From: Candidatus Aerophobota bacterium
GTDB taxonomy: Bacteria; Aerophobota; Aerophobia; Aerophobales; B47-G16
Assembly (NCBI GenBank): GCA_003648815.1
Contig: QMPZ01000002.1
Span: 1 to 39,751 of the forward strand
DNA length: 39,751 nucleotides
Reading direction: 5' to 3'
The notes under the pieces are model-generated. The model searched no databases, was not told where the DNA came from, and worked only from the letters and a program-made list of their open reading frames with translations. Of the stretch, positions 1 to 9,255 are shown piece by piece (position 1 is the stretch's first letter; the number at the start of each line of letters is the position of its first letter). A program made the position numbers and the translations under genes.

Positions 1-2
1 TC

Positions 3-908
3 TTTATTCTGCTGGCTTCTTCTCTAAGAGGAGCAGGAGATGTCCTTACCCCTACCAAAGCCTTGGCCTTAGCTACCTTTTTAAACATCGCCTTGGACCC
101 TCTTTTTATCTTTGGCTTCTGGAGATTTCCTCGAATGGGTGTAGCTGGCTCTTCCCTGGCCACGGTCATCGCCCGAGGATGCGGGATGTTTTATCTTCTG
201 CGTGCCTTTTTTCTGAAGAAATCCGTACTTCATCTTAGCTTGAGGAAGTTGAAATTGGACTTTGGTGTAATGTACAGGATCATAAGGATAGGAGTCTTCA
301 GTTCTTTGGAGATGTTGATGAGGAACTTCTCAGGACTGGTAATGATGAGAATCGTGGCCATTTACGGTACCTTCGCCGTGGCCGCTTATGGGGTAGGAAT
401 GAGGTTAATGATGATGGTCTTGATGCCTGGCTTTGGCATCGCTCAATCAGCGGCCACCTTAGTTGGTCAGAACTTAGGGGCGGGAAAACCTGACAGGGCC
501 GAAAAGAGTGCCTGGCTGGCCGCAGGGTTATATGGGATTATCATGGCCAGCTTGACCGTAATTTATCTTTCTTTTTCTCATTTTTTAATCAGCTTGTTTA
601 ACAGCAACCCTGAGGTAATCAGGATCGGGACCGAGCTCATAGGTTATCTTTCCTGGGGATTTATTTTTACCGCCCTGGGCATGGTATTGGCCAGGGCGAT
701 GGGAGGAGCAGGAGACACTTTAACTCCTATGGTCATTACTGGCGTGTGTCTTTTTGGCTTTAACATTCCTCTTTGTATAATCTTTTCTCAAACAATGGGC
801 TTAGCTACTAAGGGAATATGGCTGGGAATGCTCATCTCTAATATGATACAGGGCTCGATCACATCTTTGTGGTTTAGCAGGGGAAAGTGGAAGTATAAAG
901 AGGTATAA
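3..908 (+). CDS. MATE family efflux transporter, C-terminal portion (5' end outside window)
   Basis: The frame is open from nt 3 (FILLASSLRGAGDVLTPTKA...), so the TTG at 63 in the ORF track is internal. Hydrophobic multi-pass sequence with RGAGD..P and GQNLGAGK motifs typical of NorM/DinF-type MATE proteins. Confidence 0.85.
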   Translation, partial: FILLASSLRGAGDVLTPTKALALATFLNIALDPLFIFGFWRFPRMGVAGSSLATVIARGCGMFYLLRAFFLKKSVLHLSLRKLKLDFGVMYRIIRIGVFSSLEMLMRNFSGLVMMRIVAIYGTFAVAAYGVGMRLMMMVLMPGFGIAQSAATLVGQNLGAGKPDRAEKSAWLAAGLYGIIMASLTVIYLSFSHFLISLFNSNPEVIRIGTELIGYLSWGFIFTALGMVLARAMGGAGDTLTPMVITGVCLFGFNIPLCIIFSQTMGLATKGIWLGMLISNMIQGSITSLWFSRGKWKYKEV

Positions 909-930
909 GAATTGTGAGGGTAAGATAAAG

Positions 931-2382
931 ATGACCGCACTTACATTTTACGGAGGAGTAGAAGAGATAGGAGGAAACAAGATTCTTCTACAGACGAAAA
1001 ATAGCAAGATTTTCTTTGATTTTGGAATGAGCTTTAAAAGAGCAGGCCTTTACTTTTCCGAGTTTCTTCAGCCTCGAAAGCTTAATGGAATTGGTGATTT
1101 TCTGGAATTTGGGCTGATTCCGGATTTAAGCGGGCTGTATCGGACTGACTACCTCAAGCATATGGGAAGGAAAGAGGAAGAGAGGAAATACGATGCGGTA
1201 TTTTTAACCCACGCTCATGCGGACCACATCTCCTACGTTCATCACCTGAGGGAGGATATACCTATCTACAGCTCAGAGGCTACAGAGAAGATTATGCAGG
1301 CTTTGGAGGATACAGGAAGTTCGGGATTTACCGATTTTATCCACCTTAAGGTGAACTTTAAGCTGGAGGAAAGGAAAAAAGGAGAAGGTTTGAAGAGGAT
1401 GAGGGGATACAAGGTAAAAAGGGACTTTCGTATTATCAAACAAGAGATTAAGATAGACGATATCAAGGTAACTGCGCTTCCCGTGGACCACTCACTTCCC
1501 GGTGCCTTAGGTTACATCATAGAGACTCCGGATGGTCCCATCGTATATACCGGAGATCTTAGATTCCACGGCTATCAGCGAGAGCTGACGGAAAGGTTCA
1601 TCGAGAAAGCTTCCAGGATAAAACCAAAGGTCTTAATCATCGAGGGGACGAGGATAGGGGAAAAAGGCGCCCTCTCGGAGGAAAAGTTAGGTGAAAGGGT
1701 TTATGAGGTTGTGAAGAGGACAAAAGGGCTGGTGGTGGTTAACTTTCCCATGAGGGATCTCGATAGGATGAAATCCTTCCTCAAGGTAGCTCAAAGAACA
1801 GGAAGAAGGCTGGTCATCAATACCAAGCAGGCATATCTTTTGAAGCTTTTATCCGGGGTCAATTGCGATTGTCCTTCCCTTGAAGATGTGGGGATATATA
1901 TTCAGAGAAAGACCTGGGGTCTCATCGGAAGGGACGATTTTCCCGAGGATATCATAAGGCAGGATTATTCCCGCTATCCCTGGGAGCTGGAGTTTATAGA
2001 TCACTCCAGTGCCTTAACCTACAGGGACATAAGAAACAATCCAGAGCATTTTATATTCAGGTGCGACTTCTTTGAGCTTAAGGAGCTAATAGACATAAGG
2101 CCTCCCCGACAAAGCTGTTACGTTCGTTCGGTAACCGAGCCCTTTGATGAGGAAATGGAGATAGAGAAAAAAAAGGCGGACAACTGGCTGAAGCATTTCG
2201 GCCTTTATCCCTATGAGCAAATTCACTGCTCAGGCCATGCCAGCGGAGAGGAACTTGTGAAAATTGCCAGGGAACTTCACCCCCAAATCTTGATACCAGT
2301 GCATACAGAACATCCTCACCTTTTTAAGAAGTTTTACAAAAATACGAGAATAGTAAAAGAAGGTGAGACGGTTTTTATATAA
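931..2382 (+). CDS. MBL-fold metallo-hydrolase, beta-CASP / compact RNase J-like
   Basis: HxHxDH motif (THAHADH), DHSLPGALGY, and C-terminal IHCSGHASGEEL...IPVHTEH resembling beta-CASP motifs B/C of RNase J. N-terminus FYGGVEEIGGNKILL. Confidence 0.75.
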   Translation: MTALTFYGGVEEIGGNKILLQTKNSKIFFDFGMSFKRAGLYFSEFLQPRKLNGIGDFLEFGLIPDLSGLYRTDYLKHMGRKEEERKYDAVFLTHAHADHISYVHHLREDIPIYSSEATEKIMQALEDTGSSGFTDFIHLKVNFKLEERKKGEGLKRMRGYKVKRDFRIIKQEIKIDDIKVTALPVDHSLPGALGYIIETPDGPIVYTGDLRFHGYQRELTERFIEKASRIKPKVLIIEGTRIGEKGALSEEKLGERVYEVVKRTKGLVVVNFPMRDLDRMKSFLKVAQRTGRRLVINTKQAYLLKLLSGVNCDCPSLEDVGIYIQRKTWGLIGRDDFPEDIIRQDYSRYPWELEFIDHSSALTYRDIRNNPEHFIFRCDFFELKELIDIRPPRQSCYVRSVTEPFDEEMEIEKKKADNWLKHFGLYPYEQIHCSGHASGEELVKIARELHPQILIPVHTEHPHLFKKFYKNTRIVKEGETVFI

Positions 2383-2408
2383 GATTTTCTCTTTTAGGGA
2401 GGCAAGGT

Positions 2409-3449
2409 ATGCCAAGGGAGATCGTGGCCGTAGGCAAAGGAAAGGTGGTGATAAGAGAATATGAGGAAAGGATGCCTGGGCCAGGCGAGGTGTGTATAAG
2501 GAGCGAGCTTTCAGCTGAAAAACACGGCACCGCCTTAACCTTTTATAAGGGGCTTAGTCCTTTTGAGGAAAAGAGCTGGGATGAGGAGCTTAAGCTTTTC
2601 GTTCCCAAGAAAAAAGAAAGGAAAGAAAATAGCCGGGTAATGCATTTGGGGAACATGACCGTGGGCACGATAGTTAAAGTGGGAAAGAAGGTCACCACCT
2701 TTAAGGTAAACGATAGGGTTTATGGATACCTGCCTTTTCGGGAAACGCATATCGTAGAGGAAGATAAAGTGCATCCGGTCCCCTCCGGTTTAAGGGATGA
2801 GCAAGTTGTATGTATTGATCCTGCGGTTGTGGCTTTAATGTCTGTCCGTGAGGGACACATCAGCTTAGGCGATAAGGTAGCAGTATTTGGTCTGGGCGCT
2901 ATAGGACTTTTGGCAGTGCAAATGGCAAGACTTTCCGGTGCCAGTTTTGTTGTGGGAGTGGATCCGATTCCGGCAAGAAGGAAATTAGCTGAAGAGTGTG
3001 GAGCGGACCTCACTATAGATCCAGTTACATCTGATGCTGGACTGAGGATAAAGCTGGCAACCGAGAGGAAAGGAGTCGATGTAGCGATAGAGGCGAGCGG
3101 CTCGTACAAGGCTCTTCAACAGGCCATCAGGGGAACAAGATATGGTGGAACGATAGTTCCGGTGTCCTTTTATCATGGTGAGGCAAAGGACTTGAACTTG
3201 GGGGAGGAGTGGCACTTTAATCGTCAGGTTATGGTCTCGGGCGCCAGGGTAGAAAGCGAGCCATATAGAGATTATCCCCGTTGGGACAGAGAACGCGTAT
3301 ACAGGACAGTTATCGAGCTTTTCCAGAGAGGAAATCTTAAGATAGGTGGCTTACTTCAAGTAGTAGACTTTGACGATGTTCCTCAGGCCTATGGGGAAAT
3401 TGACAAACACCCGGAAAAATGGATTAAGTTAGGTGTAAGGTACAGGTAA
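2409..3449 (+). CDS. MDR-superfamily (zinc-ADH-like fold) dehydrogenase lacking the canonical zinc ligands
   Basis: GroES-like N-domain plus Rossmann GLGAIGLLAVQMA. GGGAGG RBS 6 nt upstream. The positions of GxCxxD and GHE read LSAEKHG and LGNM. Confidence 0.75.
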   Translation: MPREIVAVGKGKVVIREYEERMPGPGEVCIRSELSAEKHGTALTFYKGLSPFEEKSWDEELKLFVPKKKERKENSRVMHLGNMTVGTIVKVGKKVTTFKVNDRVYGYLPFRETHIVEEDKVHPVPSGLRDEQVVCIDPAVVALMSVREGHISLGDKVAVFGLGAIGLLAVQMARLSGASFVVGVDPIPARRKLAEECGADLTIDPVTSDAGLRIKLATERKGVDVAIEASGSYKALQQAIRGTRYGGTIVPVSFYHGEAKDLNLGEEWHFNRQVMVSGARVESEPYRDYPRWDRERVYRTVIELFQRGNLKIGGLLQVVDFDDVPQAYGEIDKHPEKWIKLGVRYR

Positions 3450-3516
3450 GTCCTGGTGGAAAATGTGTCACCAATCTACGGCGAACCTTGTAAAACAAAA
3501 GGAAAAGGAGGGGAAG

Positions 3517-4305
3517 ATGAAGTTAGCCATTCAGGAAAACTTAGTTCCTGGCAAAAGTTTTTTGGAGAAAGTAAACAAGGCCACCGAATATGGTTTTCAG
3601 GCAATTGAAGTCTGGGGAATGGATATCGTCAACAGGGTGGAGGAGATTAAAGGAGCCCTGTCCGGGAGTAAGCTAAGGATAAGTACTATCTGTGCAGGAT
3701 ACAGGGGATCTTTGCTCAGCTCGAGTAAAGAAGAAAGAGATAAGGCCATAAAGGATATCAAGGAACTTTTAACCATCGGCTCAGATCTTGGGGCAGTGGG
3801 GCTGATAGTGGTGCCCATTTTCGGTCCGCCTCAGATTCCTGACCTTTCTCCCTGGAAAAGAGCGGAAGAGATAGAGAAGGAGCTTTTGGTAACTCTTCTA
3901 AAAGAGATAGGGGAAAAAGCTGAAGAGGTGGGCTGTTTTTGCCTTTTAGAGCCTCTAAATAGGTATGAGACTCACCTGATCAAAACAGTAGAGCAGGCAA
4001 TTGAGATAGTTAAAAGGGTCAACAGTCCAGCAGTTAAAGTTATGGCTGACTTTTTCCATATGAGCATTGAGGAGGCAAAAATAGATGAGGCCATTAAAAA
4101 GGGGAAGGATTTTATCTGTCATGTCCACTTAGCAGACTCTAACCGGCTTTTGCCTGGCTGCGGGCATACCGACTTTAAAGCTGGGTTCAGTGCTTTAAAA
4201 GAGATAGGCTATGACAAATATATGGCCCTGGAATGCAGGATTCCTGGAAAAGCTGAGGAGGAGCTACCTAAATGCGTGGAGTATCTGAAGGGATGTATGG
4301 AGTAA
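3517..4305 (+). CDS. sugar phosphate isomerase/epimerase (xylose isomerase-like TIM barrel)
   Basis: MKLAIQENL...GFQAIEVWG, LEPLNRYE, HLADSNR motifs of the AP_endonuc_2 / xylose-isomerase-like family. ATG 3517 is preferred over 3463 because GGAGG lies 5 nt upstream. Confidence 0.8.
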   Translation: MKLAIQENLVPGKSFLEKVNKATEYGFQAIEVWGMDIVNRVEEIKGALSGSKLRISTICAGYRGSLLSSSKEERDKAIKDIKELLTIGSDLGAVGLIVVPIFGPPQIPDLSPWKRAEEIEKELLVTLLKEIGEKAEEVGCFCLLEPLNRYETHLIKTVEQAIEIVKRVNSPAVKVMADFFHMSIEEAKIDEAIKKGKDFICHVHLADSNRLLPGCGHTDFKAGFSALKEIGYDKYMALECRIPGKAEEELPKCVEYLKGCME

Positions 4306-4361
4306 GGTGAAGGTAAACCTTGAAAAAGGTGCTTTAAATAATGGAAAGGAGAGATGACGTC

Positions 4362-5540
4362 ATGGAGGTTCGTTTCATAAATCGCGAGGATGTAGATTTA
4401 GTTAAGCGTATGAACATGTACTGTTTTGGTTTGCCAGAGGAGCGCGTTAATTGGCTGGCAGAAAATGTTTTCAGTCCCGAAAACTGTATTGGTGCTTATG
4501 AGGAAGGAAAGCTTGCTGCATCTTTGTATATTTTTCCTTTTGAGATCTTTCTCGGGGAAAGAGTTGTGAAGATGGGGGGCATTGCTAATGTAGCTACGCT
4601 ACCTGAGCACCGCAGAAGAGGATATGCCTCAAGGATGCTCATCGAATCCTTAAGGATCATGAGAGAACGCGGCCAGATTTTTTCCATGCTGGGTCCCTTC
4701 TCTTACGAATTTTATAGAAGATATGGTTGGGAGCTGGGATTTCATAAAAAGAAATACACGCTTCATATGGAAGATATGAAGAAGTTCGGTGATCCAGGCT
4801 GGAGTTTTCGTCCTTTAGGTCCTGATGATATTGATTCGATGAACAGCGTTTACGAAAGTTTTATAAAACACTACCACGGAGGGGTCAGGCGCAATCAAGA
4901 TATGTGGAAGAGGAAGTTTGAGGAGATAAAAAAATTTGAGAAAAACTTTCACTGCTACGGCACAGAGGATCAGGAGCATAATTTGCGAGGTTATATTTTC
5001 TTTTCGATAAGGGAGGAAAAGTTTTATGTAGAGGAACTGGCATATGATTCTCTTAGAGCAAAGAAGGCTCTCTTTTATTTCATATATCTTCACGATGCCC
5101 AGGCCCGCCAGATTATCTGGCGGGCGCCGGCTGACGATAACACTTCCCTTTTGCTGGATGACCCCGGACATAAGCTTGAGATACAGAGCGGGATGATGGT
5201 GCGCGTTGTGGACGCAAAATCGGTGCTGGAAAACTATCCCTTTGATCCCGCCTTAAAAGAAAGTTTTACCATGAAGATAGATGATATCTACGCACCGTGG
5301 AATAACGCAGTTTTTAAAGTAGAGGTTGAAGATGGAAGGGCAAAGGTAGAGGTTCTCAGGAGCAATGTTTCTGCGGATTTGAGATGCTCAATTCAGGTCT
5401 TCTCACAGGTTGCCATTGGGTACATAGGTTTGAAGGAGGCAGTGCAGCTTGAAAAGGTAAAGGCACCCAACAAGGGAAAACTTGATAAAATAAAGAGGCT
5501 CTTTCCGGCAAAGGTGACCTACATCAATGATCATTTTTAG
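4362..5540 (+). CDS. GNAT N-acetyltransferase, Eis-like three-domain architecture (GNAT + GNAT-like + SCP2-like)
   Basis: Acetyl-CoA loop HRRRGYASRML, then MLGPFSYEFYRRYGWE. About 390 aa, ending in C-terminal Phe. AGGAGA RBS before ATG 4362 (alternative start 4341). Confidence 0.7.
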   Translation: MEVRFINREDVDLVKRMNMYCFGLPEERVNWLAENVFSPENCIGAYEEGKLAASLYIFPFEIFLGERVVKMGGIANVATLPEHRRRGYASRMLIESLRIMRERGQIFSMLGPFSYEFYRRYGWELGFHKKKYTLHMEDMKKFGDPGWSFRPLGPDDIDSMNSVYESFIKHYHGGVRRNQDMWKRKFEEIKKFEKNFHCYGTEDQEHNLRGYIFFSIREEKFYVEELAYDSLRAKKALFYFIYLHDAQARQIIWRAPADDNTSLLLDDPGHKLEIQSGMMVRVVDAKSVLENYPFDPALKESFTMKIDDIYAPWNNAVFKVEVEDGRAKVEVLRSNVSADLRCSIQVFSQVAIGYIGLKEAVQLEKVKAPNKGKLDKIKRLFPAKVTYINDHF

Positions 5541-5549
5541 GAGGTATAT

Positions 5550-6179
5550 ATGCCAAGGATAAAGACGCTGGTATTTACCGGAGGGGAAATTCATGATTTT
5601 AAAGGGTGTGGAGAGGCTATCGTTGAGGCCCTGTCACAGAACGAGCAATTCGAAATTAGTAAGGTGGAAAATGACCTTTCTGTCCTGGAGGCGCCTGGGC
5701 TTGATCCCTATGACATTGTTGTTTTCTACTATACCGTGGGCAAGATCACCGATGCTCAGAAAAACGGACTTCTCAATTTTGTAGCCTCGGGCAAGGGATA
5801 TGTGGGCATCCATTCTGCGGCGGATTCCTTCAGAGATTGTCCTGAATATCAAGCCATGGTGGGAGGTCGTTTCCTCACTCATCCCCGTTATCGAGAATAT
5901 CAAGTGAGCGTCGTCGATCCTGAGCATCCCATCACCAAGGACCTTACAGAATTCACGGTTACGGACGAGCAGTATATTTTGGATTTTGATCCCCGGGTGA
6001 ATGTCCTCTGCTCAGCTTTATGGAAGGGAAAGGCTATGCCCGTTGCCTGGACGAAAAGCTGGGGTAAGGGGCGTGTCTTTTACCTTGCCTTGGGACATGA
6101 TAGGAAGGCCTGCGAGCAAAAGATTTTCCGTCTCCTTCTTATAAGAGGAGCTTTATGGGCAGCAGGATTGGATTTGTGA
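5550..6179 (+). CDS. ThuA-domain (trehalose-utilisation-like) protein
   Basis: About 210 aa with GYVGIHSAADSF, HPITKDL and ALGHD motifs characteristic of ThuA-like class-I glutamine-amidotransferase-fold proteins. AGGAGG RBS 6 nt upstream. Confidence 0.75.
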   Translation: MPRIKTLVFTGGEIHDFKGCGEAIVEALSQNEQFEISKVENDLSVLEAPGLDPYDIVVFYYTVGKITDAQKNGLLNFVASGKGYVGIHSAADSFRDCPEYQAMVGGRFLTHPRYREYQVSVVDPEHPITKDLTEFTVTDEQYILDFDPRVNVLCSALWKGKAMPVAWTKSWGKGRVFYLALGHDRKACEQKIFRLLLIRGALWAAGLDL

Positions 6180-6248
6180 TGTGAGCCTTTGATCTTGTAT
6201 ATAAATTTACCGAATTCGAGTAAGATAACAAATAAGGAGGAAGGACAC

Positions 6249-7373
6249 ATGGCAGAGAAGGTAAAGCTGGCATTTATCGGTTGTGGAGGAATGGCCAGAT
6301 TTCATCTCAAGGGCCTCAAGGATTTGAAAGAGGAAGGGAATGAGCTGTTCAGCATTGAGGCAGTATGTGATGTAGAAGAGCAAAGAGCTAAGTCCTTTTC
6401 AAAGGAGGTGTCAGGCTTATTTGGCAATCAGCCCCTCGTCTATACCGATCCTGAGGAGCTTTTAAAAAGAAAAGATATAGAGGCAGTATCCATATGTACT
6501 ACCCACATCACCCACTACCCCCTGGCAAAGGAAGCAATAAAGGCGGGAAAACATATCATGATTGAAAAGCCTCTGGCTATTACCTTAAGTGAGGGAAGAA
6601 AGATAGTGGAACTAGTGGAGAGAAGTGGTCTTGTCTTTGCTGTGGCGGAGAACTATAGAAGAATCCCCTTAAACAGGGCTATCAAGAGGATGCTGGAGGA
6701 AAAGCTGATAGGTGAGATTTACTTTTTCCTTTACCAGTGGGCTGGTGTAGGCGATAAGATTTTCTGTGGAACACCCTGGCGCCACAGGAGAAGTGAAAGT
6801 GGAGGAGGATGCATGTTTGATAACGGCGTTCACGACTCCGACCTTATGCAATATTGGTTTGGTGAAGTGGATGAAGTTTACGGGACGATAAAAACCTATA
6901 TCCCTATAAGGGAGGAAAAATCCTTAAGGGTTGAGGCGACCAATGAAGATTTCGGGGCAGCGATAATTTCTTTCAAGAGCGGCGTAAGTGGTTCATGGAT
7001 GGGAAGCTGGGCGGCGAACAAGGGATTTCATTTTGTAGAAATCGTGGGAAGCAGGGGAACCTATTACGGCGAAAGAGGAGTTGAGCTTAAAAGTGGGCAG
7101 GTAATTTCCAAGGAAGAATTAGTCAAAAAATATGCTTCCGATGTGAGAGAGAACTCTGTAGCCAGCGAATATGAAGATTTTTTCAGGGCGATTGCCACTG
7201 GCAAAGGGCCGGAAACAGATGCACTTGTAGGGCTGAAAGCAATGGCTCTATCCTATGCTCTTTACGAGTCTGCTGAACTGGGAAAACCGGTAAAATTCGA
7301 TGATGTTCTGGAGGGAAGGATCGCTAATTTTGAGAAGAAGGTAGTGGCGGCCATAGAATCTCGCCTTTCCTGA
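6249..7373 (+). CDS. Gfo/Idh/MocA family oxidoreductase (ThuB-like position)
   Basis: N-terminal Rossmann KLAFIGCGGMA and MIEKPLA motif. ATG 6249 is preceded by AAGGAGGAAGG, so the 6189 extension is unlikely. Confidence 0.85.
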   Translation: MAEKVKLAFIGCGGMARFHLKGLKDLKEEGNELFSIEAVCDVEEQRAKSFSKEVSGLFGNQPLVYTDPEELLKRKDIEAVSICTTHITHYPLAKEAIKAGKHIMIEKPLAITLSEGRKIVELVERSGLVFAVAENYRRIPLNRAIKRMLEEKLIGEIYFFLYQWAGVGDKIFCGTPWRHRRSESGGGCMFDNGVHDSDLMQYWFGEVDEVYGTIKTYIPIREEKSLRVEATNEDFGAAIISFKSGVSGSWMGSWAANKGFHFVEIVGSRGTYYGERGVELKSGQVISKEELVKKYASDVRENSVASEYEDFFRAIATGKGPETDALVGLKAMALSYALYESAELGKPVKFDDVLEGRIANFEKKVVAAIESRLS

Positions 7374-7450
7374 TCCGGGTGGAAGATTCGCGTGCAGGAG
7401 CGAAAAAGCGTGAGGGTTAAATAGAATATGATTTAAGGTATCTTTTGAAA

Positions 7451-8074
7451 ATGTCAGCTTCCATGAGGAAACTAAGAAATTTCCTCGTAGCGGTCGTCAT
7501 ATCCTTTGGCATTTTATACCTTCCCTTCACCCAACGAGAACTTGCTGAGATTCTGAACGTGGAAGAGGTTCTTCAGCCCTCCGAGGCCATCGTAGTTCTG
7601 GGAGGAGGGTTGAAGAGGGACGGGACCTTGGGCGTCAGCACGAAGGAGAGGGTCAGCTACGGGGTCTTTTTATTTAAGCAAGGTTTGGGAAAGTATCTTA
7701 TCTTAAGCGGTGGGGACAGGGTCGCAGGAAAGATTGAGGCTGAGGAGATGTATGAGATAGCCCTGGATAAAGGTGTTGCTACAGAGGTAATGATAAAGGA
7801 AGCTAAATCCTCAAATACGTACGAAAATGCTGTATATACGAAAAGAGTTCTTCGTCAGCGCGGCATCAAGGGAGAAATAATCCTGGTAACTTCCCCTTAT
7901 CATATGCGAAGGGCTCTTTGTTGCTTTAAGGAACAGGGCTTTAAGGTTTTGCCCGCACCGGTAAAGGAGAGCGAGATTTACAGGTTCGGATTTTATCAGA
8001 ACTTGAGGAACATAAGACTCCTCCTTCATGAATTTTTAGGGCTGGCTTACTATTATTGTCTTGGCCGGATTTAG
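7451..8074 (+). CDS. YdcF/DUF218 family protein with N-terminal membrane anchor
   Basis: VVLGGG, LILSGG and TSPYHMRRA motifs of DUF218 (ElyC/SanA/YdcF). Hydrophobic N-terminus FLVAVVISFGILYL. Start is ATG 7451 or TTG 7445. Confidence 0.75.
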   Translation: MSASMRKLRNFLVAVVISFGILYLPFTQRELAEILNVEEVLQPSEAIVVLGGGLKRDGTLGVSTKERVSYGVFLFKQGLGKYLILSGGDRVAGKIEAEEMYEIALDKGVATEVMIKEAKSSNTYENAVYTKRVLRQRGIKGEIILVTSPYHMRRALCCFKEQGFKVLPAPVKESEIYRFGFYQNLRNIRLLLHEFLGLAYYYCLGRI

Positions 8075-8091
8075 TCCAGGGAGGATTAAGA

Positions 8092-9234
8092 ATGCAGGGG
8101 CCTCGAGGAACTAAAAGAGAGGAGTTTGAAGAGGTCTTAAAACTGGTAAACTATGTATTTCGGGAAAGCAGGAATGAGCCGCCTAATATGGGAAAGTGGT
8201 ATCCGCTGATATTCAATTACGATAACCTGGAAAATATGCGCATTGTGCTGGAAGATGGTAAGGTCGTCTCTCACATTGGTATTTCCGAATCAAAGATAAT
8301 AGTTTATGGATGCACGACAAAACTCGGCAGCATTGGCTCCGTGTGCACCCATCCTGAATACAGGGGAAGGGGGCTTGCGAGCTTGCTCTTGAAGGATGCC
8401 ATGGAAAAACTGGACAGGGATGGGGTCGACATCATGCTGGTCTCCGGTGGACGCGGGCTTTATAGAAGAGCTGGTTGTGTGGAGGCAGGGATAATATATG
8501 AGTTTAGAGTTCCTCAGGATAAGTTAAAATGCTTTAATTTTTCAGATGTCGAGCTTTTCCCTTACAAGGAAGAATACTTAGAGGAGATAGTCAAGCTTTA
8601 TCAGGAGGAGCCGGTAAGGTTTCATCGCTCCTTAGAGGATTTCAGGATGATCTTGAGCACCGGTGCCGCTATGAATAGAAAAGCGCAGACCTTGTTGATC
8701 CGTAAGGATGAAAGGATCCTGGGCTATCTGGTATCTCAACTTCCCACACAAGAAGGGGAAAGAAAAGTTAGCTACATAGCTGAGTACTCAGGTGCAAGAG
8801 GGGCAATCCTTGATGCCATAGGATCTCTCTTTGACAGGTATGGTGTCCAGGAGCTGATCCTTAGCGTTCCCTTTTATGATGAAGAGTTTGTTTACCTGTG
8901 TCAGAGGATGGGTCTTGACTGGACTACGAAGAACATACCAGGCCACACAGTCAAGATAATAAACCTTCCCAGGCTTATGGAGAGGTTCTGCTCCTATCTT
9001 CAGGAGCGTTTAGGTAAAAAAGAAGCTGATCTTGTCAAATTTGCTCAGGAAGGTGACAGTTTCATCATCCAGCTTGGAAAAGAGCAGGCTGTCCTTGATC
9101 AGAAGATGTTTACTCAGATTGTGTTTGGTAACAAAGAGCCTAAGGTAGCTTTAAAAGTGAGCGAGAAGATATCAAAGATTTTGCGGAGCATCTTTCCTTT
9201 GCCGTTAGTTTGGCCGGGATTAAATTATGTATGA
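8092..9234 (+). CDS. GNAT N-acetyltransferase, Eis-like architecture (second copy, divergent)
   Basis: HPEYRGRGLASLLL acetyl-CoA loop, about 380 aa with a long C-terminal extension as in 4362..5540. ATG 8092 is preceded by GGAGG. Confidence 0.65.
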   Translation: MQGPRGTKREEFEEVLKLVNYVFRESRNEPPNMGKWYPLIFNYDNLENMRIVLEDGKVVSHIGISESKIIVYGCTTKLGSIGSVCTHPEYRGRGLASLLLKDAMEKLDRDGVDIMLVSGGRGLYRRAGCVEAGIIYEFRVPQDKLKCFNFSDVELFPYKEEYLEEIVKLYQEEPVRFHRSLEDFRMILSTGAAMNRKAQTLLIRKDERILGYLVSQLPTQEGERKVSYIAEYSGARGAILDAIGSLFDRYGVQELILSVPFYDEEFVYLCQRMGLDWTTKNIPGHTVKIINLPRLMERFCSYLQERLGKKEADLVKFAQEGDSFIIQLGKEQAVLDQKMFTQIVFGNKEPKVALKVSEKISKILRSIFPLPLVWPGLNYV

Positions 9235-9255
9235 ATTAAAAACTGGAGGTTTTCG

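Noticed and set aside
3463-3516. Upstream extensions of several ORFs (3463, 4341, 6189, 7445, 8056, 10191, 12274, 33549)
   Set aside because: In each case an internal ATG preceded by a GGAGG-type RBS, or one avoiding overlap with the neighbour, fits the family N-terminus better.
7374-7450. Small hairpin TTCGC-(8 nt)-GCGAA and a TAGAAT box between the Gfo/Idh/MocA and DUF218 genes as terminator/promoter
   Set aside because: The stem is only 5 bp and has no T-tract, and there is no -35 element at proper spacing. This is too weak to report as a feature.
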